Made by a program: the position numbers and the translations under genes
In this document: one piece after another, positions 59,716 to 64,000 of the stretch
Layout: each line of letters starts with the position of its first letter
Position numbering within the stretch: the stretch's first letter is position 1
Notes under the pieces: generated by a model
What the model was told of the DNA's origin: nothing
Database searches by the model: none
What the model saw: only the letters and a program-made list of their open reading frames with translations
Assembly (NCBI GenBank): GCA_035506195.1
Contig: DATJPV010000028.1
Span: forward strand, 8,711-72,710
DNA: 64,000 nt
Reading direction: 5' to 3'
Source of the DNA: Patescibacteria group bacterium
GTDB lineage: Bacteria > Omnitrophota > Gorgyraeia > Gygaellales > Profunditerraquicolaceae

Positions 59716-61164
59716 ATGCCTAAAATACTAAAGCTGGAATCCATCGAGAACGCCTCGGTTATACGCAAGTTCTCCGTTATATTCGCCCTGGTTTCATTCT
59801 TTCCCTTCGTTATCCTTGCTTCGCTCTTCTTTCTTTTAAGCCCCAAGGGCGGTTTGAGAATCGATTCCGGTTTATTCTTTTGGGCGGTATTTATCGCTGG
59901 GCTGCTGGCCTTTATCGGATTTTTGATCATGCGCAAGACGCTGGTCGGCTTGATACAGATAAGCCGGGACGCCCAGGATATCGCCAAAGGCAACTTATCT
60001 AAACGGATCGAGTTGGACGCGCACGGGGATAACGAAGTGAGCCAATTGGCGCGTACTTTTAATGAAGTCGTGCGGCAGCTGGAAAATAACATCAAGCAGC
60101 TTGAACAGTCGCGCGCCATGGTGCAAGAAGTGTTGATGCGGGTTGCCAGCGGCGTATCCTCTACCGAGAATGTAGACGCCTTTTTGGATTTGATACTCGA
60201 AACGACGGTGCATGCGCTCGATGGTAACACCGGCCTGCTCATGACTGTTGACGGAGAGCGCAACGAGCTGGTGGTAAAAAGTTCTTACGGCTTAAGCGAT
60301 CTCTACGCGTCGAACAAGCGCATCCCCATCGACGAAGAGGTAGCGGGATGGGTAATCAAGCAGAAAAAACCCCTGCTTGTCCCCCGCCTGCACAAAACAG
60401 ACGGCTCTGCCCCCAGCGTCCCTTCGGCGTTTGAGCCTCCACTTATATGCGCGCCGTTGGTATTCCAAAATAAAGTAGTAGGCGCGGTGTCCATAAGCGG
60501 AAAAAAGCAGGATATGCACTTTAAGGAAGACGAACTGATTATCCTTTCCAATTTGGCCTCGCAGGTCGCTTTAGCCATAGAGAACGCGCGGTTAAACGCC
60601 AACAACATCAGGGCATACCTAGAAACCATTACCGCCTTAGCCCTGGCCGTGGAGGCGCGTGATGTATACAGCCGGGGCCATTCTGACCGGGTTGGCGACT
60701 ATGCCGTGAAAATAGCCCACACCTTGGGGCTTGACGAACGTAAAGTGCAGACCATCAAAGAAGCGGCGCAGTTACATGACGTCGGCAAGATCGGCATAAG
60801 CGATGACATTCTCAGGAAGCCGGATGATTTAAATGAGCTGGAACGCAACATCATGGAGCAGCATCCCATCATAGGAGAGGGGATCATCGTTCCTTTGCAG
60901 GGACTGGCACATTTAAAAGAGCCGGTTCGCCACCACCACGAATGGCTTAATGGCCAGGGGTATCCAGACCACCTAAAAGGAGAGGCCCTTTCGTTAGAGG
61001 CAAGGATCCTGGCGGTGGCCGACAGCTTTGACGCCATGATTACCAACAGGCCTTACCGTAAGGCCATGACTCCTCTTGAAGCCAAGGAAGACCTGCTGAA
61101 ACATAAGGGCATCCGGTATGATGCGGCAGTGGTGGATGCGTTAATACGCGCCCTCAATCTTTAA
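59716..61164 (+). CDS. Membrane-bound HAMP-GAF-HD-GYP domain protein (putative c-di-GMP phosphodiesterase)
   Basis: Two TM helices, HAMP (ISRDAQDIAKGNLSKRIELD), GAF-like middle, HD...HDVGKIGI...GYP motifs (HHHEWLNGQGYPDHL). Confidence 0.75.
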   Translation: MPKILKLESIENASVIRKFSVIFALVSFFPFVILASLFFLLSPKGGLRIDSGLFFWAVFIAGLLAFIGFLIMRKTLVGLIQISRDAQDIAKGNLSKRIELDAHGDNEVSQLARTFNEVVRQLENNIKQLEQSRAMVQEVLMRVASGVSSTENVDAFLDLILETTVHALDGNTGLLMTVDGERNELVVKSSYGLSDLYASNKRIPIDEEVAGWVIKQKKPLLVPRLHKTDGSAPSVPSAFEPPLICAPLVFQNKVVGAVSISGKKQDMHFKEDELIILSNLASQVALAIENARLNANNIRAYLETITALALAVEARDVYSRGHSDRVGDYAVKIAHTLGLDERKVQTIKEAAQLHDVGKIGISDDILRKPDDLNELERNIMEQHPIIGEGIIVPLQGLAHLKEPVRHHHEWLNGQGYPDHLKGEALSLEARILAVADSFDAMITNRPYRKAMTPLEAKEDLLKHKGIRYDAAVVDALIRALNL

Positions 61165-61170
61165 TTTACC

Positions 61171-61199
61171 TTGACAAAGACAGCCCCGGATGTTATAGT
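61171..61199 (+). promoter_or_regulatory. Sigma-70-type promoter TTGACA-17 nt-TATAGT for the pyrR operon
   Basis: TTGACA at 61171-61176, TATAGT at 61194-61199, exact 17-nt spacer. Confidence 0.5.
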
Positions 61200-61220
61200 T
61201 ATTAAGACACGCAACCTTTA

Positions 61221-61872
<652 letters not shown>

Positions 61873-61878
61873 GGCCGG

Positions 61879-62829
61879 ATGGCGAGCTGGGGAAGAAAAG
61901 ATTTGTTGGGTCTTGAGGAGCTCAGCCGGGAAGAGATCGAGCTCCTTTTAGCTACTGCCGAGTCCTTCAAGGAAGTATCCAGCCGCGATATCAAAAAAGT
62001 CCCCGCCTTACGCGGCAAGACGGTAGTGAATTTATTCTACGAGCCGTCGACAAGGACGCGCGTCTCTTTCGAAGTGGCCGCCAAGAGGCTCTCCGCGGAT
62101 GTCATCAACATCGCCGTTGAGACCTCCAGCGTGCGCAAGGGGGAGACCCTCATTGATACCGGCAAGAACATCCAGGCGCTCAAGGCCGATATTGTCGTGA
62201 TGCGGCACAATCATTCCGGCGCAGCGGTAATACTGGCGCGGCACCTGGATATCAGCGTAGTCAACGCCGGAGACGGATGGCATGAGCATCCGACGCAGGC
62301 CCTGTTGGACATGTTCACCCTTAAGGAAAAGCTGGGAAGGATAGAGGGGTTACGGGTTAGTATTGTAGGCGACATCGCGCATTCGCGCGTGGCGCGTTCC
62401 AACATTTGGGGCCTGCTTAAATTAGGCGCCCAGGTGACCGTATGCGCCCCTAAAATGCTTATCCCGGTCGGCTTTGAACAGACAGGCGTGCGGGTAACCT
62501 GCGACATCGGCGAAGCCCTTAAGGACGCCGATGCGGTCAATGTGTTGCGGATGCAGTTTGAACGCGACGGAGAAAGCGCCTTCCCTACGCAGATGGAATA
62601 CTTCAGGAATTTTGGTATCACCAAAGAGCGGCTTGCCAAAGCGAAGAAAGACATTATCGTTATGCACCCGGGCCCCTTGAACCGCGGAATCGAAATCGCC
62701 AGCGACGTAGCCGACGGCCGTAATTCCGTCATACTAGAACAAGTTACTAACGGCATCGCCGTCAGGATGGCGGTGCTGTTTTTGGTAGCCCAGGCAAGAG
62801 ACGGGAATAATAATGAGCATACTGATTAA
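61879..62829 (+). CDS. pyrB: Aspartate carbamoyltransferase catalytic subunit
   Basis: STRTR carbamoyl-phosphate motif (EPSTRTRVSFE), HPTQ, HPGP..RG.EI. Confidence 0.9.
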   Translation: MASWGRKDLLGLEELSREEIELLLATAESFKEVSSRDIKKVPALRGKTVVNLFYEPSTRTRVSFEVAAKRLSADVINIAVETSSVRKGETLIDTGKNIQALKADIVVMRHNHSGAAVILARHLDISVVNAGDGWHEHPTQALLDMFTLKEKLGRIEGLRVSIVGDIAHSRVARSNIWGLLKLGAQVTVCAPKMLIPVGFEQTGVRVTCDIGEALKDADAVNVLRMQFERDGESAFPTQMEYFRNFGITKERLAKAKKDIIVMHPGPLNRGIEIASDVADGRNSVILEQVTNGIAVRMAVLFLVAQARDGNNNEHTD

Positions 62830-64000
62830 GAACGGTCGGGTTATCGACCCGTCGCGCGCAGTTGACGCAGTAATGGACGTGTTGGTGGAAAAGGCCAAGA
62901 TATCCAAGGTTGCCGCCAACATTACGCAAAAGGCCGATACCGTTATCGATGCAGGCGGCAAAATTGTCATGCCGGGCATCGTAGATATGCACGTACACCT
63001 GCGGGAACCGGGCAGGGAAGACAAAGAAACTATCGCCAGCGGCACCAGGGCCGCTGCGAAGGGCGGAGTAACCAGCGTCCTTGCCATGCCTAACACCGAT
63101 CCCGCCATGGATTCTTCGGGTAACATCAGGCTATTGCAGGGAATTATTAAAAAGACCGCCGGTATTGACGTGTTTATCTGCGGGGCCATTACTGCAGGCA
63201 GGGCCGGGAAAAAGCTGGTTGAGGTCTCAGTCTTAAAAAGACAAGGGGTTATCGCCATTTCCGATGACGGCGCTTCTGTTGATGCGGAAACGTTAATGCG
63301 GCAGGCCTTGCAGAAAGCCAAAACGCATAAGATTCTGGTTATCGCCCATTGCGAGGACAAGCTTTTGTCGGGGGAAGGAGTGGTGAACGCAGGGTTTACT
63401 TCAACGCGGCTGGGGCTGCGCGGTCTTCCCAGGGAATCGGAATACCGGCGGGTAGAAAGGGACGTTGGTCTTGCCAAAAAAACGCGCGCAGCCATCCATA
63501 TTGCCCATGTCAGTTGCAGGGAATCGGTAGAGATCATCGCGGATGCGAAAAAGAAAGGCGTGTCGGTTACCGCAGAAACCGCGCCGCATTATTTTTCTTT
63601 AACCGAAGAGGCGCTTCTGGGCTACGATACGAATATGAAGATGAATCCGCCCCTGCGCAGCCCCGACGATATCCGGGCGATCAAGGAGGGGCTGCAGAAG
63701 GGCGTGATCGATGTTATCGCCTCGGACCACGCACCGCACACCGAGAACGAGAAGGATATTGAATTCGACCGCGCCGCGTTCGGGGTAATCGGGCTGGAAA
63801 CGGAACTGGCCGTGAGCATCACCGAACTGGTTCGCCCAGGGCTGCTCAGCTGGACTCAATTGGTAGCCAAGTGCGCTACCAACCCTGGCCGGATCCTGGG
63901 TATCGGCAAGGGCAGCCTAGCCGTCGGCTGCGACGCGGATATCGCTGTAGTTGCTGCAGATACTCCCTGGACCGTCCGCAAGGAAGACATCGTATCCAAG
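62813..64000 (+). CDS. pyrC: Dihydroorotase (partial, runs off the window end)
   Basis: Manual translation from ATG 62813: MSILIKNGRVIDP...GKIVMPGIVDMHVHLREPG...DHAPH... (amidohydrolase HxH and metal ligands). No stop before 64000, so it is absent from the ORF track. Confidence 0.85.
   Translation, partial: MSILIKNGRVIDPSRAVDAVMDVLVEKAKISKVAANITQKADTVIDAGGKIVMPGIVDMHVHLREPGREDKETIASGTRAAAKGGVTSVLAMPNTDPAMDSSGNIRLLQGIIKKTAGIDVFICGAITAGRAGKKLVEVSVLKRQGVIAISDDGASVDAETLMRQALQKAKTHKILVIAHCEDKLLSGEGVVNAGFTSTRLGLRGLPRESEYRRVERDVGLAKKTRAAIHIAHVSCRESVEIIADAKKKGVSVTAETAPHYFSLTEEALLGYDTNMKMNPPLRSPDDIRAIKEGLQKGVIDVIASDHAPHTENEKDIEFDRAAFGVIGLETELAVSITELVRPGLLSWTQLVAKCATNPGRILGIGKGSLAVGCDADIAVVAADTPWTVRKEDIVSK

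Noticed and set aside
62211-63537. 181-aa and 267-aa minus-strand ORFs, and the 63349-63762 plus-strand ORF
   Set aside because: They overlap pyrB/pyrC, which have unmistakable homology in another frame or strand; shadow ORFs.

Overview
This is a ~64 kb bacterial chromosomal window centred on the replication origin. All confident genes from ~887 to 44299 lie on the minus strand, and from dnaA (44598) onward all lie on the plus strand, a strand switch typical of oriC. Origin-proximal genes run rpmH-yidD-yidC-jagN on one side and dnaA-dnaN-DUF721-gyrB-gyrA on the other; rnpA and recF are absent from their usual positions. Left arm, 5'->3' on the window: a glycan/cell-envelope modification cluster (GT39 ArnT-like, NodB deacetylase, DUF707-like, Methyltransf_24-like, CmoA-like Cx-SAM synthase homolog, radical SAM, UDP-galactopyranose mutase, GT32-like), ending at a tRNA-Gln. 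A small pseudopilin/PilZ/lipoprotein group follows, then gltX. Housekeeping genes come next: a four-subunit 2-oxoacid:ferredoxin oxidoreductase, dxs, xseBA, a secreted GH-like protein, ymdB-rny, 5-FCL, iscU, a Cys-rich MTHFR_C-like protein, uvrD and rarA. A candidate ~180-nt structured ncRNA lies between pheT and rarA, followed by pheST. A trkA-trkA-trkH insertion splits the otherwise conserved thrS-infC-rpmI-rplT operon from pheST. After that operon comes a tRNA cluster (Cys-Leu-Val) containing three tandem ~42-bp hairpin repeats, followed by coaC, rpoZ, gmk, yicC, ndk and parBA with a parS-like site. Right arm: tRNA-Glu, glmS, rsmI, a 1516-aa signal-peptide protein with a C-terminal class I SAM-methyltransferase-like domain, a membrane HAMP-GAF-HD-GYP protein, and a pyrR-pyrB-pyrC operon with a recognisable promoter and PyrR-type attenuator. 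The most unusual elements are the CmoA-like/radical-SAM glycan cluster and the giant secreted protein. The next tier is the rnpA-less rpmH locus, the tRNA-embedded hairpin repeats and the candidate ncRNA.
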